The notes beneath the pieces are model-generated. The model made no database searches. It was not told where the DNA came from and saw only the letters and a list, made by a program, of their open reading frames with translations. A stretch of 64,000 bases of DNA, from the sequence record OP310984.1; one strand, given 5' to 3'. A program made the position numbers and the translations under genes. Below, in pieces: positions 12,698 through 23,872 of the stretch (the stretch's first letter is position 1; each line of letters opens with the position of its first letter).

Positions 12698-15148
12698 TTA
12701 CTTAATGGCACGATTCACAGCAGTGTTAATTGCATTGGTAAGAGCTACAATGTAATCAACTAGAACGGTGTGGTTTTCAGCCGATTGGCCAACAACTTCC
12801 CATACTGCACTAGCTAGTTGCCGGACTTTCTTTTTACCGGCTTTACTATCCATGCTAGCCACTTTAGAGATATCACGGTTAGCTTGGTCAAGACGACGTA
12901 CACCGCGGTTACCGCTAACTTTTAGAGAGGCATTACCAAGACCAATTAGAACTTTAGAAAGTTTCATTAGTTCAGTAACGTCCTTACGGCTAACTTTAGC
13001 AGTAGCAGTACCGGTAGCACCCCATTCACCAGTTGGAAGTGCAATAGCAGCTAATCGTTCAATATCTTTATTAGTGCGACCAGTTACATCACGGCCAGAC
13101 TTCTCGAAGGTAAAACTACCTTCTAGTTTTCCACTGATAAATGAACTCTCAGGATATTTCTTAACAGGTACTTCTAATTTAGTTGCTTCTTCTAGAGCCT
13201 TATCAATAGCTTCTTCACTATCAGCTTCAATAGCAGTTGATAGGTGACCAACTAAACGTTCGATGTATTCACCATCGATTTTGAAGCATTTGTTAATAAT
13301 ATCGCTAATACGACGAACTTCTCCAGCAACACCGCGTACTAGATTATCATCACCTTTTAGAATACCATTAATTTTGATTTCTTTATTTTCAAAATTATCA
13401 GTATCTTTAAGCTTAACTAGAAGTTGGTCAGCTTTAGTATTAGCTGCGGCTAGTTCTTTTTGGTTAGCTTTAACATGGATGGATGCATTTGCACCTTCAG
13501 CAATGTTGTCGATAATATTTCGAACAAACTTACCAATAGTGCTATTAAATGATTCTAGCGAAGTAACCATCGCCTTATAGTAATCTTCTAGATTACCATA
13601 ACCATAATCTTCCATTGCTGGAACACCAGGTGAATAGACATCAAAGGCGTTATGCAGGCGTTCTAAACAGCTATTAGCATGTACGATGAACTGAGGACTA
13701 TATTGCTTATGTTCTAGGCCATAATGTAGAATCTCAAGCATGGATTCATTTGATGCCTGCTCTTCAAGTAATTGACCAATGGTTTTCTTACCATCTTCAA
13801 TGTCATCTTCAAGCTTATCGGCTTCTTCAACTGCCTCATCAGCAGTCTCGTCAGCTTCTTCAACATCATCTTCAGTTACTTCTACGTCAACATCCGGGAT
13901 GTCAATTTCACCTTCAGCTAACTTTTCTTCGATGTCATCTTCTGAAACGTCATCATCTGTTTCTGCAACAATTGTTTCACTGTCGTCTTCAACAGCACCT
14001 TCTTCAATTGTTGGTTCGGAAATAGTAGATGCCGTTTCGGTTTCAGCAACTGTTTCTTCAGTTTCAGCTTCATTGATTAATACATCAGTAGAATCACTGT
14101 CATCATTAGTTAATTCTTCTTCAGCTTCATCCCGAACTTCTTCCAATTCGCTTAAGCCTTCTTCAGCTACTTCTGCTGTTTCGGCAGCTTCTTCTACAAT
14201 TGGATCAGTTACAGCTACTTCTTCATCAACTGCTACGATTTCATCTGGTTCAGCTTCAGCAGGAACACTTTCAGATTCCGCCTCTACTACTTCAGCTACT
14301 TCACTATCAGTTGTATCCGGCGTATCTTCTACGGTTTCAACAACTTCTGTTTCAGCATCAGCTACAGCTGGTTCAGTAATTTCGACTTCTTCTGTTTCAG
14401 TGATCTCTGTCTCAGGTTCATCATTGGAACTTTCATCAGCAGTTGTTTGCTCAGCACCGGCTTCTTCAGGAGTTACATCGTCATCAATACCAGGGACTGC
14501 TTCACTTACAACTTCACCAGCATCTAACACTTCATCTGGTAGTGTATCCATGGTTGATGAAACAGGTTCATCACCAGCTGGAAGTTCCTCAGATAGTGGT
14601 GCAGGCGGTGGAGTTTCGTCACCAAGTGGGGTTTCTTCAGTGGGGGTTAATTCCACTGCTGTTTCACCAGGTGCTTCTGCAACAGGTACTAGTTCAGTAT
14701 CATCAGCCGCATCTTGTGCAGCTTCAATAATTTCAGTGGTTGAATCTAAAACCTCTTTACCGCCTTCAGAAATTGTACCGATTTCTTCAGCGATTTCAGC
14801 TTCAGCAACTTTAACTGCTTCTTCGCCTTCTTCGACACTAGTGGTAGCTAGCGGTTCAGGAATACTTTCCTCAACAACAGTTTCTTCTGGTACAACTTCT
14901 TCAACAATTACTGCTGACTTATCAGCAGCATGTGCTGTTTCTTCATGTTCTTCAGCAGAGATAATATCAGTATCTGTTTTAACAGTTTCATTCTCAATAG
15001 TTGCAGATGCATCATTATCTTTCTTTAAATCTTGAACTAGTTCATGATCATCTTTAACAGATGTCTCGACTTTGGATACATCCTGTTCCACAGCCGTACC
15101 ATCTTGGTTCTCAAGGCTGGCTACATATTTGTGAATATTTACCATCAT
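12698..15148 (-). CDS. Internal head (inner body/ejection) protein with long acidic propeptide (gp97-like)
   Basis: 816 aa; about 450 aa E/D/T/A-rich N-terminus; S/A-x-E sites (ASLE, AMED, TSLE) fitting phiKZ gp175 protease specificity. Confidence 0.8.
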   Translation of the reverse strand: MMVNIHKYVASLENQDGTAVEQDVSKVETSVKDDHELVQDLKKDNDASATIENETVKTDTDIISAEEHEETAHAADKSAVIVEEVVPEETVVEESIPEPLATTSVEEGEEAVKVAEAEIAEEIGTISEGGKEVLDSTTEIIEAAQDAADDTELVPVAEAPGETAVELTPTEETPLGDETPPPAPLSEELPAGDEPVSSTMDTLPDEVLDAGEVVSEAVPGIDDDVTPEEAGAEQTTADESSNDEPETEITETEEVEITEPAVADAETEVVETVEDTPDTTDSEVAEVVEAESESVPAEAEPDEIVAVDEEVAVTDPIVEEAAETAEVAEEGLSELEEVRDEAEEELTNDDSDSTDVLINEAETEETVAETETASTISEPTIEEGAVEDDSETIVAETDDDVSEDDIEEKLAEGEIDIPDVDVEVTEDDVEEADETADEAVEEADKLEDDIEDGKKTIGQLLEEQASNESMLEILHYGLEHKQYSPQFIVHANSCLERLHNAFDVYSPGVPAMEDYGYGNLEDYYKAMVTSLESFNSTIGKFVRNIIDNIAEGANASIHVKANQKELAAANTKADQLLVKLKDTDNFENKEIKINGILKGDDNLVRGVAGEVRRISDIINKCFKIDGEYIERLVGHLSTAIEADSEEAIDKALEEATKLEVPVKKYPESSFISGKLEGSFTFEKSGRDVTGRTNKDIERLAAIALPTGEWGATGTATAKVSRKDVTELMKLSKVLIGLGNASLKVSGNRGVRRLDQANRDISKVASMDSKAGKKKVRQLASAVWEVVGQSAENHTVLVDYIVALTNAINTAVNRAIK

Positions 15149-15247
15149 GTTAATATACCTTCTGTACAGAGTTTATGAGTTATGCTATTCGTCTTAGTCA
15201 TAACTCCAAGCGACGAACGTTAACATTCAAAATATTGCGCTGGAATC

Positions 15248-16363
15248 TTACTTTAGATTTTCATCGCATACATTGAGTATGGCAGTCAAATTACGACATG
15301 TTAATTTAAATAGGTCGTGATAAGGAATAGCCAACCAATCAACATATGTTTCTACCAATGAAACAAGTTCTTGTATTTCTCTATCAGGTCGCCCTTCATT
15401 ACGAGCACGTGTTAGTTCATCTCTAAACCTGATTAATGCACCTTTAAGAGTCCTTAACCGTTCATTTCGACGAGTACGCATTGATGCAGCATTTGCACGA
15501 TTGATCTTATCAACTACCTTAACAACTCGATCAATAATACTTTCAGTAACTTGATGGTTGAAATGTTCAAATTCTATTTCGACTGGTAGTGGTCTAGGGG
15601 TTTCTTCAGATGGAACTAACCGTGAAGAAATATCCCTACACTGATCATAAGCACTTGCATTCTTATCGGGATTATAGTTAATTACAATTTGATGATTACC
15701 TAGCAAATGCAATGATACAAATCGATTACCTTGATCGCGATAAACAGATGGTGTGGTTATTTTAGTTGGGGCACTATTTAATAGTAGTTCTGCTAAAGCA
15801 TCTGGACTAGCATTTGGATTCATATACGAAGGTATGATATTAGCTGGCCTTAGAATCACATTGTCTAATCCATTGATATACCCATCAACTACTGTCTCCA
15901 ATACGCGTAAGTGAGATAACAAATTAGCACTATTGGTAATAGGTTTATATCTAACACTTAAGTTCTGAATACGAGTTGTAATTAGAAATGTAGGATTCTT
16001 ATTTTTACGAGTTCTAGCACGACTGTTAACTCGTAAGTTTTCTGCTCGAATTGCAACATATTCAGCAGTAGCTGCTAGCACTACTCCACTATCCATCAGT
16101 TTCTCAATAGTGGTAACAAATAGTTTTATAACTCGATCAATAACATGTTTAATAGTATCACTAATATCTTCAGTAGATACAACATCCTCTAATTCTTTGA
16201 TAACCCCTTGGATCTGATTATAATCTTCCATACCGCCTAATAGATCCATCACTCGCCTAGCTAACGCTTCATCGCCTGATAATAAATCTGCAAGTCTTTT
16301 AGGTTCATCAAGATCAATAATCATTTCATCTGGAGTATCTTTATAAATATCAATTAATTCCAT
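15248..16363 (-). CDS. Internal head protein (gp96-like)
   Basis: 371 aa; VSTE|DIS cleavage-type motif; paralogue array. Confidence 0.7.
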   Translation of the reverse strand: MELIDIYKDTPDEMIIDLDEPKRLADLLSGDEALARRVMDLLGGMEDYNQIQGVIKELEDVVSTEDISDTIKHVIDRVIKLFVTTIEKLMDSGVVLAATAEYVAIRAENLRVNSRARTRKNKNPTFLITTRIQNLSVRYKPITNSANLLSHLRVLETVVDGYINGLDNVILRPANIIPSYMNPNASPDALAELLLNSAPTKITTPSVYRDQGNRFVSLHLLGNHQIVINYNPDKNASAYDQCRDISSRLVPSEETPRPLPVEIEFEHFNHQVTESIIDRVVKVVDKINRANAASMRTRRNERLRTLKGALIRFRDELTRARNEGRPDREIQELVSLVETYVDWLAIPYHDLFKLTCRNLTAILNVCDENLK

Positions 16364-16376
16364 TGCTAACTCCTAA

Positions 16377-16411
16377 CATAAGACGGGACTCTTCCGAGCC
16401 CCGTCGATATG
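16377..16411. terminator. Hairpin flanked by CATAA/ATATG
   Basis: CATAA-GACGGGACTC-TTCC-GAGCCCCGTC-g-ATATG. Confidence 0.6.
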
Positions 16412-16424
16412 TCGTCACTTATCA

Positions 16425-18068
16425 TTATTCTGCTTGGAATTTAGTGTTAATTACACTATTATAAAGTCCAGTTGCAGTATTTGCGTAACGCATTGCTTCA
16501 CGAATAATGGAGTCATGTTTAGGTGCACTATCTGTAATAATAGATGCTACCTTACGTGATACTTCTTCGATCTGTTCTTTAGAAACATCGTCGATTTTAT
16601 CACTCTCTAGTTTCCGTGAAAGTTGATCAACATCATCTTCAAGTTGCTTAATGGCTTTAACAATATTCCGACCGCCAGTGATAACATCAGCTGCATCATC
16701 AACCAGATTACGTAGAGCTACCGCTTCTTTCTTAGCTTGACTCTTATCAAAGTTCTTTAAAGTCACTTCAGTGCCAGGTTCTGCGGCTGTCTCATCATCC
16801 GTTAGATATACTTGAGTAGCAGTCGTAGTTACAAGCTTATTACCCGGTAAAGTGTTAGATGTACTAGCGTAGTGTTTGAGAGGTCCATCTTGAAGTTTGT
16901 CCATCTTCTCAACTAGTTCACTAGCATCATTACGCTCTGGATCCCAAGCTTTAAGCACAGTACCAATATTCGTTAGGTAGGTAGCATAGTCTTTTGCATA
17001 TACAGATGCCATCCATTTAACGATAGGGCCATATCCAACGTTAGCTGAAGGCTGAATGAATTTACCATTAGCAAATACGGGTCCACCATTTTTAACAGGA
17101 ACCGTTAATTCACTGGGTATATTTTCAAACTTAGCATTTTGGATAGCTAAAATGAGTTCATCAACTTTTACACTCACACGCGGTACACTATTCTTAAGAC
17201 TATCCCATACGTGGCTAATAATTTCACGTAGTTTAGCAATAGCTTTCTTGATATAAGCAAGCGCCTTACGACTTAACTCTTTAATATCCTCAGTTGAAAT
17301 CTTAACTGGATATAAATGACTTTTACCACCAGTCGTATAGTTTTCTAATGAGCTAGTTAAAGTATTATCACCAAGTACATGACGATGTGGTAAGAGTGCA
17401 GAATGAATAAATGCAGCTGTACTTTGACTGATACCATTAATACCAGCTTGTCGAACAAGAGCTTTAATCGACTCTAGGGCATATGCGGTATTTAGACCTT
17501 GATTAATATCTTGCACTGCTGTAGTAACTACTTGTGCATTACCAATGTCCATGAAATCAGTAGGTTTATCCATATCCACTGCAACAGCGATCTGTGGCAC
17601 CACGCCATTATGCGCTAGTGGAATAGAACTATCTTTGGCAGCCTGATCAGCGATTTGCTGAGTTACTGTTTCACCACCTTGTGGTTCCTCTCCTTCGGCA
17701 CCTGCTGGAATAACTGTTTCAACAGCAATATTAGGTTGTTCAGGAATAGGGGGTACTTCTGTTACTACATCTGTTTCAACTACGGTAACTGGTACAGCTG
17801 GTTGTTCAACTAGAGTAGCAGCTGGAGTCTCAACAATAACGCCATTATTAGGAGTATTAACAATAGTGGTATCTGCATCCACTGGTGCAGTTGGTGTTAC
17901 ACCAACATTATTGTCAGTCACATCTTGAATAGTATTTTCAGGTACAGCGTCTTCAGAAATACAATCGCCACTAGTCATGGCTGCTACTTTATCAACTGCT
18001 GTTTCAGGAATAGGTACCTCAGTATAGTCTTCTAGACTATCTAGATACTCATTGAGTTTAAATGTCAT
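16425..18068 (-). CDS. Internal head/ejection protein (gp95-like)
   Basis: 547 aa; DSLE, SSLE, ISTE motifs; GISQSTAAFIH block shared with neighbours. Confidence 0.8.
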   Translation of the reverse strand: MTFKLNEYLDSLEDYTEVPIPETAVDKVAAMTSGDCISEDAVPENTIQDVTDNNVGVTPTAPVDADTTIVNTPNNGVIVETPAATLVEQPAVPVTVVETDVVTEVPPIPEQPNIAVETVIPAGAEGEEPQGGETVTQQIADQAAKDSSIPLAHNGVVPQIAVAVDMDKPTDFMDIGNAQVVTTAVQDINQGLNTAYALESIKALVRQAGINGISQSTAAFIHSALLPHRHVLGDNTLTSSLENYTTGGKSHLYPVKISTEDIKELSRKALAYIKKAIAKLREIISHVWDSLKNSVPRVSVKVDELILAIQNAKFENIPSELTVPVKNGGPVFANGKFIQPSANVGYGPIVKWMASVYAKDYATYLTNIGTVLKAWDPERNDASELVEKMDKLQDGPLKHYASTSNTLPGNKLVTTTATQVYLTDDETAAEPGTEVTLKNFDKSQAKKEAVALRNLVDDAADVITGGRNIVKAIKQLEDDVDQLSRKLESDKIDDVSKEQIEEVSRKVASIITDSAPKHDSIIREAMRYANTATGLYNSVINTKFQAE

Positions 18069-18155
18069 GTTATTTCCTCAAGGAATTTCTTTGCGCGCGT
18101 TTAACAATAAACCATAGAATTAGGTACTTAGATAAAAATGAACACTTAGATATAT

Positions 18156-19673
18156 TTATTGGCCATATCTTTCTAATTCCATATTACAAACAGCATTTCG
18201 TTGCTTTGCAATACGTAATAGGTAACTAATTAGTGTTGCGTATTCTGGTGACATATCGGTAATAAAGCCATTAACTAAAGATATAATCTCATTTGCATCA
18301 TCACGAGCACCTTTCCAAATAGCTTTAGACCTACGTAGCTCCATGTCCTCAATGCCCTGTGCAACCTTCTTCAGTTGTTCAAGGACATCTTTTTCAGCTT
18401 TAAATAGATCACCTAAACGACGAATAGCTTCTTTATTAACTTCTAATGTTTTACGCACTTCAACAGGCGGCCTTGGCTCGATCGTGATTGTATCTGGACC
18501 ATCACCATGTTTATCTTCACCAAGTCGTGGAGCATATTTATCTTTCTGGAATATAAGTTTACTATTACCAGGTAGAGAAGTATCTTTTACTTTATCTAAC
18601 TGATTAGCTTCACCAATAAATTCAAAAGCCTCTTTAAACTTATCTAGTTCATTATCTTCTAAGTCGTAGTCTTTAATTAATTTAACTACTTTATCAATGT
18701 TTGATCTAGCTATATTTGGCCATTCTTTAGCTAGAAATTGACTAACTTTTGTTTCATTAGTTAAATCGTCTAAAACAAATTCATCACCAATGAATAACAT
18801 TTTAGGATTGTCAATTTTAATTGACATATCAAAATCAGGTGTTACCCTTTCATTTGATACAGTTGGCTTATTGATTAAACTTTTCGCTTTTTCAATTAAC
18901 TCATCAGTTTTATCTTCAACTGATTTGATTCCAGTTAGTACACGCTGTGCCGCTACTTTAGCTTGTTCAATAACATGGACTATTAAAGCAAGTATCTTTT
19001 TACCTATACTTTCAATACGTTCTTTTATTTCTTCTTGAGAAATATTTACAAAACGCATAGCGCTGCTAGGGGTTGCATTAAAATCTTCAATACTAATCTT
19101 TTCAAAGCCGATAAGCTTATCAATTGATTCTAATGTAACGTGCATAAAAGCAGCTGATTGTTTAGTAATACCTCTATCACCAGCGGTATTTAATAAATCT
19201 ATAAAACATTCTAAACTAGTACGCGCATGCAGTAATTGATTTAGCTGATATGTCATGTTTTGAGATGGAGGTGTATCATACGCAAAGATATTTAAATGAT
19301 CATCATCACTATCTAAATCTTTACCATCCACTGGTGTAGGTCTATTATCAGGACTTTTTCGGGTATCATGGGGTGATGCTGGATATTCTTCTGATGCGAC
19401 GTATGTTTTACCAAATGAATCAACTTCAGTAACTAAACCACGATCTGATTTCCAATGGATATTAGGTTTATGTGCTTCTTCAACATCTAACCCATTATTA
19501 GTTGCTTTTACATCATTTGGTAATTCATCAATTAATTTGGCAGCTTCTTCTGGTTCTTTAGATATTTGCTTGTCGTCTGTAGCAGCGTGCTTTAGTTTGG
19601 CTTTCGCGACTTTTTCTTTTACTTCGACAACACCATAACCTTCTAAACTATCAAGTAACTTATTTAAGTTCAT
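18156..19673 (-). CDS. Internal head/ejection protein (gp94-like)
   Basis: 505 aa; DSLE, ISIE, ISQE motifs; GITKQSAAFMH block. Confidence 0.8.
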   Translation of the reverse strand: MNLNKLLDSLEGYGVVEVKEKVAKAKLKHAATDDKQISKEPEEAAKLIDELPNDVKATNNGLDVEEAHKPNIHWKSDRGLVTEVDSFGKTYVASEEYPASPHDTRKSPDNRPTPVDGKDLDSDDDHLNIFAYDTPPSQNMTYQLNQLLHARTSLECFIDLLNTAGDRGITKQSAAFMHVTLESIDKLIGFEKISIEDFNATPSSAMRFVNISQEEIKERIESIGKKILALIVHVIEQAKVAAQRVLTGIKSVEDKTDELIEKAKSLINKPTVSNERVTPDFDMSIKIDNPKMLFIGDEFVLDDLTNETKVSQFLAKEWPNIARSNIDKVVKLIKDYDLEDNELDKFKEAFEFIGEANQLDKVKDTSLPGNSKLIFQKDKYAPRLGEDKHGDGPDTITIEPRPPVEVRKTLEVNKEAIRRLGDLFKAEKDVLEQLKKVAQGIEDMELRRSKAIWKGARDDANEIISLVNGFITDMSPEYATLISYLLRIAKQRNAVCNMELERYGQ

Positions 19674-19705
19674 TTACAATTCCTCAAGAATACTTAATTA
19701 CATAG

Positions 19706-19738
19706 CATAAGAGGAACCCCGAAGGGTTCCTCATTATG
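19706..19738. terminator. Hairpin flanked by CATAA/TTATG
   Basis: CATAA-GAGGAACCC-CGAA-GGGTTCCTC-a-TTATG. Confidence 0.7.
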
Positions 19739-19742
19739 TTTG

Positions 19743-21050
19743 TTACTTCTCATCATTCTCAGGTGCTTTAGAAGTTTCTTTGCCGTACGCAGCTAATTCA
19801 TGTTTAACAATAAATGTATACTGCGCAGCGATGCATTTAGCAATATAGTTAACTAGTGCACTATTATCAATACCACCAATATTCAGTGCATCACGCGCTG
19901 TTTCTTTTGACATGCCTGCTTCGTCAGGATTCCAATCAGCTAGGGCCTTTTCAAGATTCTCAGCAATCTTGTAATCAATCTTATTAAAGTCCTGTAGTTT
20001 AATAACAAGACCTTTAAGAATATTAAGATGTGCTAAGATTTTACTCGGTGCACGGACATCAACTTCAACTTCATGTAGATCCGTTTCCCCATCACCCTCA
20101 ACAACTTCCCACTTATTCACACCTGACTTAGAAGAAGTAACTTCTAACTTAACATTACCAGGAGCTTTCTCAACGGCTTTATTAATATCTTCAGCCATCT
20201 TAGCTTGTAAATCACTGGTGACTTGATCAATATCAATAGACTTGTCACCTTTGAGATAACGTACTCCAAGTTCGCCATATTTCCTAAGAGCAGATACATA
20301 CTGAGTTGAGAATACAGTCATGAAGTCTGCAATAGTCTTCGGATTATTTGCAATAAAGCCACTACTAGATACCATATACTCAGAAGGAGTGAACTTAATC
20401 TCTTCTTTCTTTAGATCACCGGCTTTGAGTGATTTAATAGCATCAATAGTTTTAGTAATACGCATATCGAGTGCAATCAGCTTAGGATTAAAATCTTTAA
20501 TCTTCTGCTTTATCATTGCAACAATTTTCTTGATAATCTCTAAAGCTTTCTTACCTGCTTCTTTTAGTTTCTCTTTGAGATCCTCAAGAGAGATAACAGC
20601 TGCTTTCTGAATAGCGCTGCGTGGAGAAGCATCGTAATTCTCAAGCGCGGCAGTGAGTCCAGATTTTTCAATACCTAGGATACGATCGATTGATTCCATG
20701 CCAACATGCATGAAGGCAGCTGCTTGTCGAGAGATACCATCTTCACCAGCTTGAAGTAAAAGACCTTGGAACTTTTCAAGTGCTTCTTTAGCATCTTCAA
20801 TTAGCCCTAATTCATCTTCAGCTTGAACAATAGTTACTTCAGTATCTAATGCAGTTGGTTGAATAGCATCATCTGCATCAAGAACTTCTTCTACGGGATT
20901 ATTTTCAATCTGATCTACTTCTGCTAAAACGGATGATACATCAGCAGAAGTTTTATTTTCAACGACTAATTCAACATCACCATGAATCGTAGTGCCTTGA
21001 TCTTCAATTGATTCAAGTGATAGTTTGTCTAGCATTTTAAGTAGAGACAT
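19743..21050 (-). CDS. Internal head/ejection protein (gp93-like)
   Basis: 435 aa; LSLE, AALE, ISLE motifs; GISRQAAAFMH block. Confidence 0.8.
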   Translation of the reverse strand: MSLLKMLDKLSLESIEDQGTTIHGDVELVVENKTSADVSSVLAEVDQIENNPVEEVLDADDAIQPTALDTEVTIVQAEDELGLIEDAKEALEKFQGLLLQAGEDGISRQAAAFMHVGMESIDRILGIEKSGLTAALENYDASPRSAIQKAAVISLEDLKEKLKEAGKKALEIIKKIVAMIKQKIKDFNPKLIALDMRITKTIDAIKSLKAGDLKKEEIKFTPSEYMVSSSGFIANNPKTIADFMTVFSTQYVSALRKYGELGVRYLKGDKSIDIDQVTSDLQAKMAEDINKAVEKAPGNVKLEVTSSKSGVNKWEVVEGDGETDLHEVEVDVRAPSKILAHLNILKGLVIKLQDFNKIDYKIAENLEKALADWNPDEAGMSKETARDALNIGGIDNSALVNYIAKCIAAQYTFIVKHELAAYGKETSKAPENDEK

Positions 21051-21055
21051 GTTAA

Positions 21056-22378
21056 TTACCTTACCTGGGAGGGATTATTTACTTGTTCTTGCGTAGGTCT
21101 TTGAATTGGACGCTGGTAAGCTTTTAATTCTAACTCGGTCACGAATACTAGTCGACCCATTACTCTGACTAAACCAGCAAGAGCATTACTAAAATCTGTT
21201 ACAACGCGACTTACATTATTGATCATTAATGTAATTGAATTAATGATATTTGAGATAGCAGGGATGCCATCAGGTGCATCAGGATCTTGAACTTTTGCTT
21301 GACGATTTCGCATATTAGATTGTTGTGCCCGAATCCTACCAGCTTGTTGACGATTAGTCTCGGCTAACTGCATTAACCTACCAAATTCAAAATCTAGTTT
21401 AGTTGCATAATCTTTTCTAGCATCTATACGTTTAGCCATTTCGCTTAATAATACTAACCGTCTTCCAATTGAACTCGTATCATTAACCTTAAAGGTATTG
21501 TTACCTTCAGGTGCATCCTTCATAGTAGGAATAGTATAAAACTTAAAGGCAAAATCACGGACAGTATTTACTAAAAAATCCCAATCCCTGATCTCTTCAG
21601 TCTGTGTTTCAGTTGGCCCTGCGCCAAATAAAGTCTTATTACCTTGAACTGGCATACTACGATAAACTGTAGAACTTACTCTAAATCTATCATCTTTCTT
21701 AATAGGTACTGCACCCTTCATCCAGTTCTTAACATTAAACTTACTAAAGTCTTGTGCAGCTCTATCAGTCCATTTTTCATCAAATGATAATTTCCTAAGG
21801 ATATCCGCTACAGATTGGATATACAAGAGTAGGGATTTATCATAGAAAGCTATCAAGTTGTTAACTTGCATGAGTATCGGATCAACTGTAGTCGGTTCGA
21901 ATTTACCATCAATACTAAATCGTTTAGTATTTTTAAATTTTAATTCTTGCTTAAATGGCTCATGCTTAATATTTTCAGCTCTTTCTAAAAGCATGTTTAT
22001 TCGTTCAAGAGTACGTTGATTACCTTGTGTAATAACACGTGCATACTCTTTTAACTCATCTCGATGCTTTGCTTGGGATTTTTTCATTTCATCCCAGGTA
22101 TTTCGTGCTGTCTTAGATAGGTCTTCTAATGACACATTCTCAGTTTTTAGAATGTGTTCACTAACAACATCTTGGTTATCTGCATATTTTTGAAATAAGC
22201 CATCGGTATAGGTTTTAACTAAAATGTCTTTTTCAGTGCATTCTAATCTACTTTGAATATCTTCAATTGATGGCAATAATTCTTTTAGATATCCATCGCA
22301 TGTAGCGATCATATCGACGGGGCTGTCCCCGTCGATTGATTCAAGTAAGACCGAATGACTAAGTGAATTATTAGTCAT
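21056..22378 (-). CDS. Internal head protein (gp92-like)
   Basis: 440 aa; VSLE|DLS motif. Confidence 0.7.
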   Translation of the reverse strand: MTNNSLSHSVLLESIDGDSPVDMIATCDGYLKELLPSIEDIQSRLECTEKDILVKTYTDGLFQKYADNQDVVSEHILKTENVSLEDLSKTARNTWDEMKKSQAKHRDELKEYARVITQGNQRTLERINMLLERAENIKHEPFKQELKFKNTKRFSIDGKFEPTTVDPILMQVNNLIAFYDKSLLLYIQSVADILRKLSFDEKWTDRAAQDFSKFNVKNWMKGAVPIKKDDRFRVSSTVYRSMPVQGNKTLFGAGPTETQTEEIRDWDFLVNTVRDFAFKFYTIPTMKDAPEGNNTFKVNDTSSIGRRLVLLSEMAKRIDARKDYATKLDFEFGRLMQLAETNRQQAGRIRAQQSNMRNRQAKVQDPDAPDGIPAISNIINSITLMINNVSRVVTDFSNALAGLVRVMGRLVFVTELELKAYQRPIQRPTQEQVNNPSQVR

Positions 22379-22387
22379 AGATAGTCC

Positions 22388-22918
22388 TCAGTCCTTATCT
22401 ATTACTTCTACAGATCCAAATAGTAGATGTAGGGTATACATTAGATCATTCATACCGTTTTTGTGTTTAACCCAATTCTGGATCATTGAAACAGTATCTA
22501 GATCTAATTTTAACTCATTAAAGAGAGTAGCAATTTCAGCGCGCGGTTCAATGAGTTGTGCACCAGCATCTGGTTCAGTAGCTAGTAACATTGGCCATTG
22601 GGTAATTGAAATACGTCGATGACCCGTAGCAATGTATCGAACAGTATCTAATAGGAATTGATAATTATAACTATCGATATTACTATTATTGTCCTGTAGA
22701 ATAAACCAATTATAGTTTCCGCTAAAAAGACGGATAGCACAAGCTAGGACTTTCTTATGGAATTCCCAATATGCCGTTTGTGCAGGAAAGTTGGTAAAGA
22801 TAAGATATAGTTCTTCAACTTGAGGATCACCGGGACGAGCAGTGAACCGTGAAATGGCCTGTTGTTGACCACCTGAGTAATTACGACCAAATGGGCGTAC
22901 AGCATTAGTTGCTGGCAT
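22388..22918 (-). CDS. Virion-associated hypothetical protein (gp91-like)
   Basis: ORF track frame; GGAGGG SD favours MPATN start (track start 22933 also possible). Confidence 0.65.
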   Translation of the reverse strand: MPATNAVRPFGRNYSGGQQQAISRFTARPGDPQVEELYLIFTNFPAQTAYWEFHKKVLACAIRLFSGNYNWFILQDNNSNIDSYNYQFLLDTVRYIATGHRRISITQWPMLLATEPDAGAQLIEPRAEIATLFNELKLDLDTVSMIQNWVKHKNGMNDLMYTLHLLFGSVEVIDKD

Positions 22919-22932
22919 ATCAATGCCCTCCA

Positions 22933-23865
22933 TTAGTGACCAAGAGATAGTAGATCACGATGGTTAGCAAAGAACTCAGATGCGCGATCTTGGATCATAC
23001 CTAGGCGATAGTTATAATCAGAGATACGAATTTCATACTCTTTAATAAGCTTCTGTAGGCGTGCATCCACTTTACCATTACTTTGCATTTCCCGCATTTC
23101 TTGTAAACGTAGTTGAAGTGCAAGGAATTCTTGCTCAGCTTCTTTAAAACGTTCAACCTGATACTCAGCTAAGAACTTGCCAAATAGCACGAACGGGTTC
23201 TGACGAGGTGAGAAGCCATCCATGTTAAGTGGATCACGTTGAGCTATAGAGAGAGCACTCACAGCTACATCATAAGTACCTTCATTGACTTCAGCACTAG
23301 ATGCACGACTTAAGCGTTGTTTCAGTTCATTAGTCTTAAGACTCATTGCTGGATACAGAGTAATGAATTGCGCCATATTAGTGTATAGCCATTCTTTCTC
23401 AGCACGAGATGATTTTAATTCTGTAGCCTTACCTAATTTCATTGCTTCTTGTGCAATTAGATTTAGTAGTAGTTTACGGCCATAACGAATATAGAAACTA
23501 AGACCATCAACAAAACGTAACATGTTTGCACGGTCAAAGGTTAGATTAGAGTTAGTAAACTGAATAGCAAATAAACGCCGGATTTCGCTTTCGATCATAT
23601 CAAAGCTACCACGAATATTTGAAAGAGTATCCAGTACTAGTTTAATCGGTTCAGTATTAAAACTAATCGCTCGCCGTAGTTCAGTAGATAACCGCATACC
23701 TAAATCTGATTTAAGTTGCATATTACCAAATACTTCACCTACATCGTCAATAATTGGTGCGAGAGTTGCATCATATTCTTCACGTAATGAACGGATTTGA
23801 TTTAATAGTTCACGACGTTCAGTAACTGGTGCGAGTTCACGTACATAATCAATAATTCTCATCAC
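22933..23865 (-). CDS. Head structural protein (gp90-like)
   Basis: 310 aa helical protein; synteny. Confidence 0.7.
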   Translation of the reverse strand: MMRIIDYVRELAPVTERRELLNQIRSLREEYDATLAPIIDDVGEVFGNMQLKSDLGMRLSTELRRAISFNTEPIKLVLDTLSNIRGSFDMIESEIRRLFAIQFTNSNLTFDRANMLRFVDGLSFYIRYGRKLLLNLIAQEAMKLGKATELKSSRAEKEWLYTNMAQFITLYPAMSLKTNELKQRLSRASSAEVNEGTYDVAVSALSIAQRDPLNMDGFSPRQNPFVLFGKFLAEYQVERFKEAEQEFLALQLRLQEMREMQSNGKVDARLQKLIKEYEIRISDYNYRLGMIQDRASEFFANHRDLLSLGH

Positions 23866-23872
23866 TCAGTCC

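Noticed and set aside
13779-15035. 418-aa Ser/Thr-rich plus-strand ORF (and 12768..13247, 13263..13580, 13750..14025, 14443..14730)
   Set aside because: Antisense shadow of the GAA/GAT-rich acidic propeptide of gp97; complementary codons give Ser/Thr runs with few stops; no SD or promoter support
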